Shown piece by piece: positions 1 through 10,831 of a stretch of 64,000 bases of DNA. Origin of the DNA: an uncultured Prochlorococcus sp. (lineage in GTDB: Bacteria; Cyanobacteriota; Cyanobacteriia; PCC-6307; Cyanobiaceae). The stretch lies in NCBI GenBank assembly GCA_902535175.1, contig CACASR010000004.1:5611-69610 (forward strand), in the 5' to 3' direction. The position numbers and the translations under genes are program-made. Each line of letters starts with the position of its first letter. Within the stretch, counting starts at the first letter, position 1. Below the pieces are notes generated by a model. The model worked only from the letters and a program-made list of their open reading frames with translations, did no database searches and had not been told where the DNA came from.

Positions 1-15
1 TCAATATTTAACTAG

Positions 16-87
16 GCCGATATAGCTTAGCGGTAGAGCAACTGTCTCGTAAACAGTAGGTCATTGGTTCAATTCCAATTATCGGCA
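16..87 (+). tRNA. tRNA-Thr (anticodon CGT)
   Basis: Acceptor GCCGATA/TATCGGC, anticodon arm ACTGT-CT-CGT-AA-ACAGT, T-loop GGTTCAATTCC; CCA not encoded. Confidence 0.95.
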
Positions 88-194
88 CTTACAAAGCAAA
101 TTAAAATGGTTAATAAAATTTTCGCGAGTATTTTCCTTAAATTTTTAATTTCTCCAAATTAGTAATAAAGTAGTTAGATTCTTAATTATATAAA

Positions 195-1832
195 TTGATT
201 AAATTTCATAACATGAATTTTAATTTGAAGTACGAAAAATTAAATAAAAAAAATTACCAGAGAACGCACTATGGAAAAATACTAACTGTAAGATTGCCAT
301 GTAATCCAATATTTCCAATAGGACCTATTTATTTAGCTGACCATATTCATAAATGCTTTCCAGGTTTAGAGCAGCAATTCATTGATCTAGCAATAATTCC
401 ATCTAATAAAGTTTCCAAATATTTAGCTAGAAAAATTGATCAATTCAGACCACATCTAATCATTTTTTCATGGAGAGATATACAAATTTATGCACCTGTT
501 GATGGTAGAAGTGGAAATCCCCTACAAAACTCTTTTGAAGTTTTCTACTCAAAAAATATCTTTAAAAAAATTAGAGGTTCCTGGGGAGGATTAAAATTAA
601 TTGCATCTCATTATGGAGAAATATATAGAAATACTTCTTTAGTCAAGATGGGATTAAAAAGAGCGCAAAAATACAATAAAAATATAAAAGTTATTTTAGG
701 AGGTGGGGCTGTTAGTGTCTTCTATGAACAATTGGGAAATCTACTCCCAAAAGGAACTGTTATTTCAGTTGGAGAGGGAGAAAATCTCATAGAAAAAATC
801 ATTAGAGGAGATTCAATAGAGGAAGAAAGATGTTATGTTGCTGGTCAAAAACCTCGCAACAAACTAATACATGAACAACCTTCAGGAACCGTTAAAACTG
901 CCTGCAACTATAAATATATTAAATCAATATGGCCTGAATTCGATTGGTATATAGAAGGTGGCGATTATTACGTTGGGGTACAAACAAAAAGAGGTTGTCC
1001 TCATAATTGCTGTTTCTGTGTTTACACAGTTGTGGAGGGGAAACAAGTTAGGGTTAATCCTATTAAGGAAGTAATCAATGAAATGAAGCAATTATATGAT
1101 CTTGGAGTAAGGGGATTTTGGTTTACTGATGCACAGTTTATTCCAGCCAAAAAACATATTGATGATGCAAAAACACTTTTGCAAGCTATTAAAGATCAAG
1201 GCTGGGACGATATTAATTGGGCTGCATACATCAGAGCAGATAATATTGATGCTGAGCTAGCTCAGCTTATGGTTGATACAGGTATGAGCTATTTTGAAAT
1301 AGGTATCACGTCGGGATCTCAAGAACTTGTTAGAAAAATGAGATTAGCGTATGACCTTGAAACTGTATTAAATAATTGCCGAATGCTAGTCAAATCAGGT
1401 TTCAAGAATCATGTTTCAGTCAATTATTCATTTAATGTTTTTGATGAAACGCCCAGCACCATAAGACAAACAATTGCTTATCATAGGGAATTAGAAAATA
1501 TTTTTGGAAAAGGGTTAGTTGATCCAGCTATATTCTTTATAGGTTTGCAACCTCACACTCTCCTTGAGAAGTATGCCTTGGAACATAAAATTTTGAAGCC
1601 TAATTATAATCCAATGAGCATGATGCCCTGGACAGCAAGAAAACTTCTTTGGAATCCAGGCTCACTAGGGAAAAAACTTGGTCAGGTTTGCCTAGAAGCA
1701 TTTGATAATCCAGTAGACGAATTTGGTAAAACAGTGATCGACATTCTTGAAAGAGAATATGGTAAGTGCTCCTTAAAAGAATCCCTAAGAGTCCGTCCTT
1801 TATCAGAAAGGAAATTAGTCCACTCTAAATAA
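195..1832 (+). CDS. Radical SAM protein with cobalamin-binding-like N-terminal domain (cyanobacterial PSII high-light acclimation radical SAM family)
   Basis: CxxxCxxC motif (RGCPHNCCFC), ILGGGA, FTDAQF; true start may be ATG at 213. Confidence 0.8.
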   Translation: MIKFHNMNFNLKYEKLNKKNYQRTHYGKILTVRLPCNPIFPIGPIYLADHIHKCFPGLEQQFIDLAIIPSNKVSKYLARKIDQFRPHLIIFSWRDIQIYAPVDGRSGNPLQNSFEVFYSKNIFKKIRGSWGGLKLIASHYGEIYRNTSLVKMGLKRAQKYNKNIKVILGGGAVSVFYEQLGNLLPKGTVISVGEGENLIEKIIRGDSIEEERCYVAGQKPRNKLIHEQPSGTVKTACNYKYIKSIWPEFDWYIEGGDYYVGVQTKRGCPHNCCFCVYTVVEGKQVRVNPIKEVINEMKQLYDLGVRGFWFTDAQFIPAKKHIDDAKTLLQAIKDQGWDDINWAAYIRADNIDAELAQLMVDTGMSYFEIGITSGSQELVRKMRLAYDLETVLNNCRMLVKSGFKNHVSVNYSFNVFDETPSTIRQTIAYHRELENIFGKGLVDPAIFFIGLQPHTLLEKYALEHKILKPNYNPMSMMPWTARKLLWNPGSLGKKLGQVCLEAFDNPVDEFGKTVIDILEREYGKCSLKESLRVRPLSERKLVHSK

Positions 1833-1847
1833 TAAATTCAACTGTTA

Positions 1848-2165
1848 TTAATCCTCTTTCTCAATTGAACTAGAAATCCCTTTAGATTTTAATGATTCTG
1901 AATAGAATTCTGCTGGCTCTAAATCACAAACAATTACTAAACCGACACCCGTATTGTGTGCTTCAAGCATTATGGCGATAGCATCTTGTTCACTTAATTG
2001 CGGTACAACTTCTCGCAATGAAATAGTGACATACTCCATAGAATTAACTGGGTCATTATGAAGCAAAACCTTATATTTTGGAGATTTATTTTTTAATTCA
2101 GCAGGTTTCTTTTCAATCACTGCTGAATTATTATTTACACTTTGTTCTAACTTTATAGATAACAT
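1848..2165 (-). CDS. clpS: Clp protease adaptor ClpS
   Basis: YKVLLHNDPVNSMEYV and IMLEAHNTG motifs. Confidence 0.93.
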   Translation of the reverse strand: MLSIKLEQSVNNNSAVIEKKPAELKNKSPKYKVLLHNDPVNSMEYVTISLREVVPQLSEQDAIAIMLEAHNTGVGLVIVCDLEPAEFYSESLKSKGISSSIEKED

Positions 2166-2196
2166 TAAATTTATTAGTGTTTAATTGTACTAATTA

Positions 2197-3423
2197 TTAT
2201 ATATTAATTATTCTTTCCATTGCATCAAGGACGTTTGATCGTGAGTTAAATGCTGACAAGCGAAAATAACCCTCTCCTGCTAATCCAAATCCGCTCCCTG
2301 GTGTTCCCACTACACTAACTTTTTGGAGAAGGAAATCAAAAAAGTCCCAAGATGTCATTTGATCTGGAACTTTTATCCAAATATAAGGAGCATTGTCTCC
2401 ACCATAAACTTTATATCCTGAATTCTGAAGTTTATTTTTCATTATTTTTGCATTTTCCATATAAAAATCAATTAAACCTCTTACCTGTATCTTTCCTTCA
2501 AGAGAATAAACAGCCTCTGCACCTTTCTGAACCACATAACTTACTCCATTGAACTTTGTAGATTGACGCCTATTCCAAAGAGGCCATAACTCTATTTCCT
2601 CATTTGTTGAGCTCAAACCTTTGAGATTTTTAGGTATTACTGTAAAAGCACATCTAACTCCAGTGAATCCTGCATTTTTTGAAAAAGATCTAAATTCAAT
2701 AGCACAATCCTTTGCTCCCTCAATCTCATATATTGAATGTGGAATATCATTATCTTGAATAAATGCTTCATAAGCTGCATCAAAAAGTATTAGGGATTTG
2801 TTTTGAAGAGCATAGTCAACCCACTTTTTCAAGTCTGCTTTATTAATCGTCGCTCCAGTCGGGTTATTAGGAAAACAAAGATATAAAATATCAACTTTTT
2901 TTTCAGGTAGTTCAGGCTGAAAGTTATTCCCCTCGTTTATTGCAAGATATGTCAATCCTTGATAAGTACCATTTTCAAGAGAATCACCAGTTCTACCTGT
3001 CATAACGTTACTATCTACATAAACTGGGTAAACAGGATCTGTTACAGCAATTGAATTATCTTTGCCAAGAATATCTAAAATATTACTACTATCGCATTTA
3101 GAACCATCAGAAACAAAGATTTCTTCAGGTGAAATTTGACAGCCTCTTGAAATAAAATCATGCTCAGATATTTTTTCTCTGAGCCAAGAATAACCTTGTT
3201 CTGGACCATACCCTCTAAAACCATCTCTTGTTCCCATGTCATCTAAAGCTTTACCCATAGCCTCTATACATGCTCGAGGTAATGGTTCTGTAACATCTCC
3301 AATGCCAAGCTTAATAATTTCAGCATTCTTGTTTGATTGAGAATATATTTTTACCCTTTTAGAAATTTCAGGGAATAAATAGCCTGCTTTGAGTTTTAAA
3401 TAATTTTCGTTTACTTGAACCAC
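2197..3423 (-). CDS. dapL: LL-diaminopimelate aminotransferase
   Basis: YLFPEI, LGIGDVT, GYGPEQG, PNNPTG and PLP lysine motif [12 protein letters not shown]; GTG at 3423 preferred over ORF-track start 3444. Confidence 0.95.
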   Translation of the reverse strand: MVQVNENYLKLKAGYLFPEISKRVKIYSQSNKNAEIIKLGIGDVTEPLPRACIEAMGKALDDMGTRDGFRGYGPEQGYSWLREKISEHDFISRGCQISPEEIFVSDGSKCDSSNILDILGKDNSIAVTDPVYPVYVDSNVMTGRTGDSLENGTYQGLTYLAINEGNNFQPELPEKKVDILYLCFPNNPTGATINKADLKKWVDYALQNKSLILFDAAYEAFIQDNDIPHSIYEIEGAKDCAIEFRSFSKNAGFTGVRCAFTVIPKNLKGLSSTNEEIELWPLWNRRQSTKFNGVSYVVQKGAEAVYSLEGKIQVRGLIDFYMENAKIMKNKLQNSGYKVYGGDNAPYIWIKVPDQMTSWDFFDFLLQKVSVVGTPGSGFGLAGEGYFRLSAFNSRSNVLDAMERIINI

Positions 3424-3719
3424 TTTAGATAAAAATTTCACCAATAATAGAATAATGGATCAACGTGCTTTAGTGGTGATTAGATGTTAATATTGTTCTA
3501 GTTATGATTAATTTTAGAAATGGTCATAGCTATGAATTCAATTTCAATTAGTTTGAAAATCGTTTAAAGCTTTATAAATAGCAGTATTCAATCACTATTA
3601 ACTTTATTAATTTTAAAAAGTAAAAAATAAAACTATAAAAAACCTGCTTTATTAAAAGATAAAATCTAATTCTTTAATTTAGATGATTTTCAAAATCCAA
3701 ATCATTCAGAATTAACTAT

Positions 3720-5540
3720 ATGTCTCAGCAAATTATCATTGCAGAGCAGGCTCGAATAGCAGCACTTCTCACAGATGATCGAGTTGATGAATTAATCGTC
3801 GCACAAGGTCAATATCAAATTGGCGATATTTTTTTAGGAACAGTTGAAAATGTTCTCCCTGGCATTGATGCCGCTTTCATAAATATTGGTGAAAGTGAGA
3901 AAAATGGATTCATCCATGTTTCAGATTTAGGTCCACTAAGACTCAAAAAAGGGACTTTTGGGATAACTGAATTACTAGAACCAAAACAAAAAGTTCTAGT
4001 ACAGGTAATAAAGGAACCCACAGGATCTAAAGGTCCCAGACTAACCGGAAGTATTTCAATCCCAGGAAAATACTTGATATTACAGCCATATGGCCAAGGA
4101 GTAAATATTTCAAGAAAAATAAATACAGAAACAGAACGAAGTCGTTTGAAAGCTCTTGGGGTTTTAATAAAACCACCTAGCACAGGCTTATTATTTAGAA
4201 CAGAGGCTGAAAAAATAAAAGAAGAACTTCTAATTGAAGATTTAGAACAATTGATTCAACAATGGGAAAATGTACTAAAAGTTTCTGAAGCTTCTAATCC
4301 GCCACATTTGATAAAAAGAGATGATGATTTCTCCCTTAAAATCTTAAGAGACTATATTAAAGAATCAACTAAAAGCATAATTATTGATAGTAAATTTTCA
4401 GTTGCAAGAGCAAAAGATTTTTTAACAAATTATGAATCCGATATAGATATTGAATTTCACGATAACAATTTAAACCAACATATTTTTGAGAAGTACGAAA
4501 TAAAGAAAACAATTCAAAAAGCTCTCCAGCCAAGAGTCGATCTTCCTTCAGGAGGTTATATCATTATCGAACCTACTGAAGCTTTAACAGTAATAGATGT
4601 AAACTCTGGATCATTTACAAGATCCGCAAATTCAAGGCAGACCGTTTTATGGACAAACTGCGAAGCAGCAGTTGAAATCTCAAGGCAGATGAAATTAAGA
4701 AATATTGGTGGAGTTATAGTAATAGATTTTATCGATATGGAATCAAGAAGAGATCAATTTCAGTTACTAGAGCATTTTACCTCAGCAATAAAAGATGATT
4801 CTGCTAGGCCTCAAATTGCTCAGCTTACTGAATTAGGCTTGGTAGAGTTAACCAGAAAAAGACAAGGTCAAAATATATATGAATTATTCGGAAAAAAATG
4901 TTCTACATGCGATGGTACCGGACATTTAGAAAATATACTAAATCACGAAATTTCTAACTTAAAAATTAAAAATGTTGAAAATAAATCTAATCAATCAAAC
5001 AATCTAAAATCCTTAGATACAGATACTTATCAATCAACTGATGAGCAGGAAACAATAGTTGACACAGATTTAATAAGCTCCAAAGACCTAAGTAAAGAGA
5101 ATTCTTCTAATAAAAAAGAAAATGATAATGATAATTTAAACCAATCAAATTCAAAAGAAAAAAATATAATAACAGTTGATCTTACAAATGAAGAAAAAAT
5201 TGTTTTCAGTCAATTAGGTATTAATCCACTTATAAAGTTGGGTAAAGATTATCTCACTAGCAATAATTTTGTGCGTTTAAAAGAAAGTAATAAGGAAACG
5301 GAAAAACCCTTAGATAATAAAAAAACAAAAGCAAAAAAAATTAAAAAAATCTCAAAATCAGGAGAAGAAAAGGTTCAAATTAAAATTGAAGAAAATACAA
5401 ATTCTAAAGATAAATTAACAAATAAAGCTCATGAAAATAATGAAATAGTTTTTACAGATAAAAAGGATGAAATTGAATTTGCAGATGAGCTGAACAATGC
5501 AAGAAAAAAAAGAAGAAGATCTTCAGCAAGCATTGAATAA
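3720..5540 (+). CDS. rne: Ribonuclease E
   Basis: S1 domain ([10 protein letters not shown]), [20 protein letters not shown], CxxC Zn-link, low-complexity C-terminal tail ending RKKRRRSSA. Confidence 0.95.
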   Translation: MSQQIIIAEQARIAALLTDDRVDELIVAQGQYQIGDIFLGTVENVLPGIDAAFINIGESEKNGFIHVSDLGPLRLKKGTFGITELLEPKQKVLVQVIKEPTGSKGPRLTGSISIPGKYLILQPYGQGVNISRKINTETERSRLKALGVLIKPPSTGLLFRTEAEKIKEELLIEDLEQLIQQWENVLKVSEASNPPHLIKRDDDFSLKILRDYIKESTKSIIIDSKFSVARAKDFLTNYESDIDIEFHDNNLNQHIFEKYEIKKTIQKALQPRVDLPSGGYIIIEPTEALTVIDVNSGSFTRSANSRQTVLWTNCEAAVEISRQMKLRNIGGVIVIDFIDMESRRDQFQLLEHFTSAIKDDSARPQIAQLTELGLVELTRKRQGQNIYELFGKKCSTCDGTGHLENILNHEISNLKIKNVENKSNQSNNLKSLDTDTYQSTDEQETIVDTDLISSKDLSKENSSNKKENDNDNLNQSNSKEKNIITVDLTNEEKIVFSQLGINPLIKLGKDYLTSNNFVRLKESNKETEKPLDNKKTKAKKIKKISKSGEEKVQIKIEENTNSKDKLTNKAHENNEIVFTDKKDEIEFADELNNARKKRRRSSASIE

Positions 5541-6114
5541 AATATTCGAAGCTGGAATAGATGAAGTTGGAAGGGGAGCAATTTTTGGTCCAGTTTTTGC
5601 AGCAGCCGTAGTATTAACTGAAAAAAATAAATTCATATTAAAACAATTTGGAGTAACAGATAGTAAAAAACTCACTTCCAAAAAAAGAAAATTACTTTTA
5701 CCAAAAATTTTATTACTCTCTTCAGATTATGGAATTGGGCAATCTTCGGCTAGAGAAATAGATAAGTTAGGTATAAGGGTTGCGACAGAACTTTCAATGA
5801 TAAGAGCTTTAAAAAAATTAAAAGAAAAGCCATCTGAATTAAAAATTGATGGTCCCTTATTATTAAGGCCATGGGACGGAATTCAAAAAAACATAGTATC
5901 TGGAGACTCAAAGTTTATCTCGATAGCTTCAGCAAGCATAGTTGCCAAAGTTTCTCGCGACAATCTAATGGAGAGGCTAGAAAAAAAATACTCAGGATAC
6001 TCGATATCTAAAAATAAGGGTTATGGAACCAGAGAGCATCTTTCATTAATCAAAAAAAATGGAATAACTAAACTTCATAGAAAAAGTTTTTTAAAAAAAT
6101 CAAATCTTATTTAA
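5497..6114 (+). CDS. rnhB: Ribonuclease HII
   Basis: [31 protein letters not shown] motifs; overlaps the 3' end of rne. Confidence 0.95.
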   Translation: MQEKKEEDLQQALNKIFEAGIDEVGRGAIFGPVFAAAVVLTEKNKFILKQFGVTDSKKLTSKKRKLLLPKILLLSSDYGIGQSSAREIDKLGIRVATELSMIRALKKLKEKPSELKIDGPLLLRPWDGIQKNIVSGDSKFISIASASIVAKVSRDNLMERLEKKYSGYSISKNKGYGTREHLSLIKKNGITKLHRKSFLKKSNLI

Positions 6115-6618
6115 TTCACACCAATCTAAAAAATCTTTTACTAGTTGCTGTTGAACCCTTGACTTTATACCTAACAGAATCCCATTTAATACCGAATGAC
6201 CAGTAGATTCCAAAATTTTCCTTGGTACCAGCTTCAGTAGAGGGGGCTGGCTTACAGATACCCCAAGAAGTGCCTCACCTTCTAAACCAATAGCAGTTGC
6301 TTCCAAATTTGCTTTCAAAATAAGATTAAAATCATCTATTATTCCCAAACCATCCAATGTACTTTCAAGAGCACTCATTTTTAAAATTCCATCTTTATTT
6401 TCTACCGCAATTGAGACAACAGGGTTAATATCTAATTGAAAAACCTTAAAACTTGTTACTGTATACTTATATCTACCTTCTCCTTCTGGAACTAATTTTT
6501 TGGAGTCAAGCATTGCTCCAACAACTCTTTCTTCTTCCAAAAGATATTTAGAAAGATATTCTTTATTACGTGTTACAGAAAGCTTGAGTTTCTGTTTAGC
6601 ATCAAAAGACAATAGCAT
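6100..6618 (-). CDS. Conserved cyanobacterial hypothetical protein (DUF1997-like)
   Basis: Family-like C-terminus [16 protein letters not shown]...QLVKDFLDW; synteny. Confidence 0.7.
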   Translation of the reverse strand: MLLSFDAKQKLKLSVTRNKEYLSKYLLEEERVVGAMLDSKKLVPEGEGRYKYTVTSFKVFQLDINPVVSIAVENKDGILKMSALESTLDGLGIIDDFNLILKANLEATAIGLEGEALLGVSVSQPPLLKLVPRKILESTGHSVLNGILLGIKSRVQQQLVKDFLDWCELNKI

Positions 6619-6671
6619 TTTCTATATTCCTCCAATGCTTATTTGATCTCTTTTTTTTTTTACAATTAATC

Positions 6672-7517
6672 ATGCTCAAACAAGTTGCATATTTAGGTCC
6701 TCAAGGAACATACGCAGAAAAAGCAGCCCATATATTATCAAAGCTTGCCAATTTTCAGACACCTATATTTGTACCATGTAATGGGTTACATTCGGTCATT
6801 AAATCAATAGCTTACAACAATTGTGATGCTGCTGTAGTCCCTATAGAAAATTCTGTAGAAGGGGGAGTTACAGCTACTCTAGATGCCCTTTGGAAATTTC
6901 CTGAAATTTTTATAAATAAAGCAATTGTTTTACCTATAAAACATGCATTAATTAGTGATGGAGAACTTTCAAACATCTCAGAAGTATTATCTCATCCTCA
7001 AGCATTAGCTCAATGTTCAGAATGGTTATCTGAGAATCTTCCAAATGCGATTCCTCTTCCAACTAATTCAACATCAGAAGCTGTCAATATGATCAAGGGG
7101 AGTAAATTTAGAGCGGCTATAGGTTCAAAATCGTTAATTCAAATCGAAGGACTTAAAGAATTAGCCTTTCCTATTAATGATGTTCCAGGTAATTGCACTA
7201 GATTTGTTTTATTAAGCAAGGAATCAAATTCAAGTTTAGCTAATATCGCTAGTTTTGCTTTCTCATTAATTTCAAACAAACCTGGTGCCTTGCTTAAAGC
7301 TATAAATTATATTGCAGATTTTGGATTTAATATGAGTAAAATTGAATCAAGACCCTCAAAAAGAGAATTAGGCGAATATATAATTTATGTTGATTTAGAA
7401 ATCAATAATCAAAATAACATTAAAAATTTCCTTGAATTAAAAAATAAGCTAAATCCACTTTGCAAGAATTTTGTAGATTTTGGAAATTATTTTTCTGAAA
7501 ATGTTGAACTAGATTAA
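6672..7517 (+). CDS. pheA: Prephenate dehydratase with ACT domain
   Basis: LGPQGT, VPIENSVEG, SHPQALAQC, NCTRF, KIESRP. Confidence 0.95.
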   Translation: MLKQVAYLGPQGTYAEKAAHILSKLANFQTPIFVPCNGLHSVIKSIAYNNCDAAVVPIENSVEGGVTATLDALWKFPEIFINKAIVLPIKHALISDGELSNISEVLSHPQALAQCSEWLSENLPNAIPLPTNSTSEAVNMIKGSKFRAAIGSKSLIQIEGLKELAFPINDVPGNCTRFVLLSKESNSSLANIASFAFSLISNKPGALLKAINYIADFGFNMSKIESRPSKRELGEYIIYVDLEINNQNNIKNFLELKNKLNPLCKNFVDFGNYFSENVELD

Positions 7518-7518
7518 T

Positions 7519-8451
7519 TTACCCTCTACATTTATAAACTCCAAACTCCATTAAACCTTTTCTAAATGCCCAATTCATAAGGAGTATTGTTGGAATCTCT
7601 CTAATCGACTTAACTATAGCAAATGGGCCAAGTGACAAAATTTCGAAGGGCCTTCGAATGCCTTCAATAATGGAATCGTACCATGAAGGATTTGTATAGC
7701 AATTCCAATTTTCAGAAATAACTCTTCCTGAACTATTTTCGTTAGTTCTAAGGATATCGCTAAATTCGCTAATGCTAATAAAATTAGGATGTACCCATTG
7801 CTCAAGCAATTGTTTAAGAACTAACTTTTCAAAAAATGATGGGGGGTATGCCCTGAGGTCTCTTGAGTTCCAATCAGCCAAAGCAAAATAGCCTCCAGGT
7901 CTTAAAGTTCTAAGCATTTCATCTGCAAACCTAATTTTATTCATCATGTGTGCACCAGCCTCAACACTCCAGACGGCATCAAATGATCCATCTTCAAATT
8001 TCAAATCCAAAGCATCCATAACTTGGAAGTTGCAATTTAGCCCATGAGGAGTAAGTTCTCTTGCTCTTTGAACTTGAGCCGGACTAATTGTTATGCCAGT
8101 GACATTAAACCCATAATATTCTGCAAGGATCCTAGAACTTCCCCCTATTCCGCATCCTACATCAAGTATTCTAGATCCCTGTGGTAATTTATCTAAACCA
8201 CTCCATTTGACCAATTCATGAACAAACTGAACTTTAGCCTTTCTAAAATCAATATTTTTTCCCCCTGGGGGATAAAAACCCAAATGTATATGTTCACCCC
8301 ATAATCTTTCAAGTAATTTATCCTTGGTCCATGCATCATATGCAGAAGCTACAGTACCGGAAGAAATATACTTTCTAGCATTATTTCTCCATATTATCGC
8401 AAGGACTAGAAAAAATAAAACTATTAAAAAAAAAGGGAATAATTCAAACAT
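7519..8451 (-). CDS. SAM-dependent methyltransferase, tocopherol/MPBQ-MSBQ methyltransferase family
   Basis: WGEHIHLGFY, ILDVGCGIGGS, WSVEAGAHM; N-terminal hydrophobic anchor. Confidence 0.8.
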   Translation of the reverse strand: MFELFPFFLIVLFFLVLAIIWRNNARKYISSGTVASAYDAWTKDKLLERLWGEHIHLGFYPPGGKNIDFRKAKVQFVHELVKWSGLDKLPQGSRILDVGCGIGGSSRILAEYYGFNVTGITISPAQVQRARELTPHGLNCNFQVMDALDLKFEDGSFDAVWSVEAGAHMMNKIRFADEMLRTLRPGGYFALADWNSRDLRAYPPSFFEKLVLKQLLEQWVHPNFISISEFSDILRTNENSSGRVISENWNCYTNPSWYDSIIEGIRRPFEILSLGPFAIVKSIREIPTILLMNWAFRKGLMEFGVYKCRG

Positions 8452-9108
8452 TTAATTTTCTTTTATATCAGGAAAACTCTCTTTCAATGCAGTTCTTGCT
8501 GCAAGTTGTTTTCTTGTATGATCAAGCATTTCATATTCTCTTTGCAAACGGGTAAAAGTATTTCTCTCTTCAAGAAGTCTTTGCTGTTCTTCCGCAACAG
8601 GACCGCCCAAATGAGCTCCTATCCAAAATGATAAATCCATTGGGGATTCAGGTAATTTATCTGGTAGATTTTTCTTTGTATTAGTCAATTTACTCGTTAA
8701 ACTTATAACATCACTAAGTGCTTCTTTGACTGAATCTTTTAGAGAATTTAATTTTTGAAAGTCATCAATATTATCATCACTAATCCAACTAACCATCGCA
8801 GAACAAAATGGCGTCGAACGGGTAATTTCTAAGACTTGGAATCTTTGTTGGCCGAGAGTGATAATATTACTTCTCCCATCCTCTGCAGTTTGATGTTTTA
8901 AGATTTGTGCGCAACATCCAACCTTAGCCATACTTTTAGTAGTTGGATCCCACTTTATTACTCCAAACATAGAATCACTCTCAAGAACAGATTGGAGCAT
9001 AATCCTGTATTTAGATTCAAAAATATGTAAAGGCAATACTTCTTGAGGAAAAAGGACTACCTCTGGCAAAGGGAATAAAGGTAATTCCCTTACTGAGAGT
9101 TCTCCCAT
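8452..9108 (-). CDS. Stand-alone Lon protease substrate-binding (N-terminal) domain protein
   Basis: LPLFPL-VVLFP-LPLHIFE-KY signature; no AAA+ or protease domain. Confidence 0.88.
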   Translation of the reverse strand: MGELSVRELPLFPLPEVVLFPQEVLPLHIFESKYRIMLQSVLESDSMFGVIKWDPTTKSMAKVGCCAQILKHQTAEDGRSNIITLGQQRFQVLEITRSTPFCSAMVSWISDDNIDDFQKLNSLKDSVKEALSDVISLTSKLTNTKKNLPDKLPESPMDLSFWIGAHLGGPVAEEQQRLLEERNTFTRLQREYEMLDHTRKQLAARTALKESFPDIKEN

Positions 9109-9164
9109 ATAAACCTCATTTCGTTTTTTTTATACTAATCAATTTAGACCAGTTTCGGGATTTA

Positions 9165-9485
9165 TTAAAGTTTAACTTCTATATCTACACCACTAGGTAG
9201 ATCTAGTTTCATTAAAGCATCAATAGTCTTCGCAGAAGGACTATAAATATCTATTATTCTTCGATGTGTTCTTGTTTCAAAATGCTCTCTCGAATCTTTA
9301 TCAACGTGAGGAGATCTAAGGACACAATAAATCTTCCTTTTTGTAGGTAAAGGTATTGGACCAATTGCTGAGGCAGAAGTAGTATCAGCAGTTTGGATAA
9401 TTTTGTCGCAAGACAAATCAAGCATTCTTCTATCAAATGCTTTGAGCCTTATTCTTATTTTTTGTTGTGCAATTGATGCAGTCAT
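9165..9485 (-). CDS. rpsJ: 30S ribosomal protein S10
   Basis: [30 protein letters not shown]. Confidence 0.99.
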   Translation of the reverse strand: MTASIAQQKIRIRLKAFDRRMLDLSCDKIIQTADTTSASAIGPIPLPTKRKIYCVLRSPHVDKDSREHFETRTHRRIIDIYSPSAKTIDALMKLDLPSGVDIEVKL

Positions 9486-9506
9486 AGTTTCAAATAACTT
9501 CTAGTA

Positions 9507-9532
9507 AAGGGTCATTGATTAAAATGACCCTT
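9507..9532 (-). other. Stem-loop between tuf and rpsJ (mRNA stabiliser or weak terminator)
   Basis: Perfect 10-bp inverted repeat AAGGGTCATT-N6-AATGACCCTT. Confidence 0.65.
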
Positions 9533-9586
9533 ATCCACAAAACTTATATTAGATGATTGAGGTTAAATTTTTAAAATTCAAATTTA

Positions 9587-10786
9587 TTATTTGAGAATTT
9601 TAGAAACAACTCCAGCACCGATAGTACGTCCACCTTCACGTATTGCGAATCGCATACCTTGTTCAATGGCTACTGGACAAATTAATTCTCCAGTCATCTT
9701 AATTCTGTCTCCAGGCATAACCATTTCAACATTAGAGCCATCATCTGAAGTAAACGCGGTTATTTGACCTGTCACATCAGTTGTTCTGATATAGAATTGA
9801 GGTCTATATCCTGCAAAGAAAGGAGTATGTCTTCCACCCTCTTCTTTTTTGAGAACATAAACTTCTCCTTCAAACTGAGTATGAGGGGTAATAGATCCTT
9901 TCTTCACAAGAACCATTCCTCTCTCAATATCTTCTTTCTGGACACCCCTTAAAAGTAAACCAACATTATCGCCAGCCATACCTTCGTCAAGAAGTTTGCG
10001 GAACATTTCAACTCCAGTAACAGTTGTTACTCTTGTATCTCTTATTCCAACTATTTCTACTTCTTCTCCAACCTTAACTTTACCTCTCTCAATTCTTCCA
10101 GTAGCAACAGTTCCTCTACCAGTAATCGAGAAAACATCTTCGACTGCCATCAAGAATGGTTTATCAACTTCTCTTTCTGGTTCGGGAATGCTAGCATCAA
10201 CAGCTTTCATTAATTCTTCAATCTTTGATTCCCAAGTAGAATCACCTTCGAGAGCTTTTAGTCCTGAAACTTGAACAATAGGAATGTCATCTCCAGGGAA
10301 GTCATAACTATCTAAAAGTTCCCTAATTTCCATTTCGACAAGTTCAATAATTTCTTCATCATCGACCATATCACACTTATTGAGAGCAACTACAAGAGCA
10401 GGAACTCCAACCTGTTTAGCTAAAAGAATATGCTCTTTTGTTTGAGCCATAGGACCATCTGTAGCTGCGCAAACTAGAATAGCTCCATCCATCTGGGCGG
10501 CCCCTGTGATCATGTTTTTCACATAATCAGCATGTCCTGGGCAATCGACATGAGCATAATGTCTGCCTTCAGTTTCATATTCAACATGAGCTGTATTAAT
10601 AGTAATACCACGCTCTCTTTCTTCAGGAGCACCGTCAATGTCACCATAGTCTTGAGCTTGAGCTTGACCTTTTTTAGCTAATACGTTTGTAATAGCAGCT
10701 GTTAGTGTTGTTTTTCCATGATCAACATGGCCAATAGTACCTATGTTGACATGTGGTTTGTTTCTTTCGAACTTCTCGCGAGCCAT
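9587..10786 (-). CDS. tuf: Elongation factor Tu
   Basis: [25 protein letters not shown]. Confidence 0.99.
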   Translation of the reverse strand: MAREKFERNKPHVNIGTIGHVDHGKTTLTAAITNVLAKKGQAQAQDYGDIDGAPEERERGITINTAHVEYETEGRHYAHVDCPGHADYVKNMITGAAQMDGAILVCAATDGPMAQTKEHILLAKQVGVPALVVALNKCDMVDDEEIIELVEMEIRELLDSYDFPGDDIPIVQVSGLKALEGDSTWESKIEELMKAVDASIPEPEREVDKPFLMAVEDVFSITGRGTVATGRIERGKVKVGEEVEIVGIRDTRVTTVTGVEMFRKLLDEGMAGDNVGLLLRGVQKEDIERGMVLVKKGSITPHTQFEGEVYVLKKEEGGRHTPFFAGYRPQFYIRTTDVTGQITAFTSDDGSNVEMVMPGDRIKMTGELICPVAIEQGMRFAIREGGRTIGAGVVSKILK

Positions 10787-10831
10787 TTTGAATTAAAGAA
10801 TCGAGGGTTTAAGAGTGTTTTAGTTTAGAGA

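Noticed and set aside
16-194. tRNA-Thr (and also tRNA-Ser and tRNA-Gln) as island integration sites
   Set aside because: Core genes follow directly; no integrase and no duplicated tRNA 3' end found in the window.
6651-6661. T11 run in the DUF1997/pheA divergent spacer as a phase-variation tract
   Set aside because: Long A/T runs are common throughout this genome; no evidence of variation.
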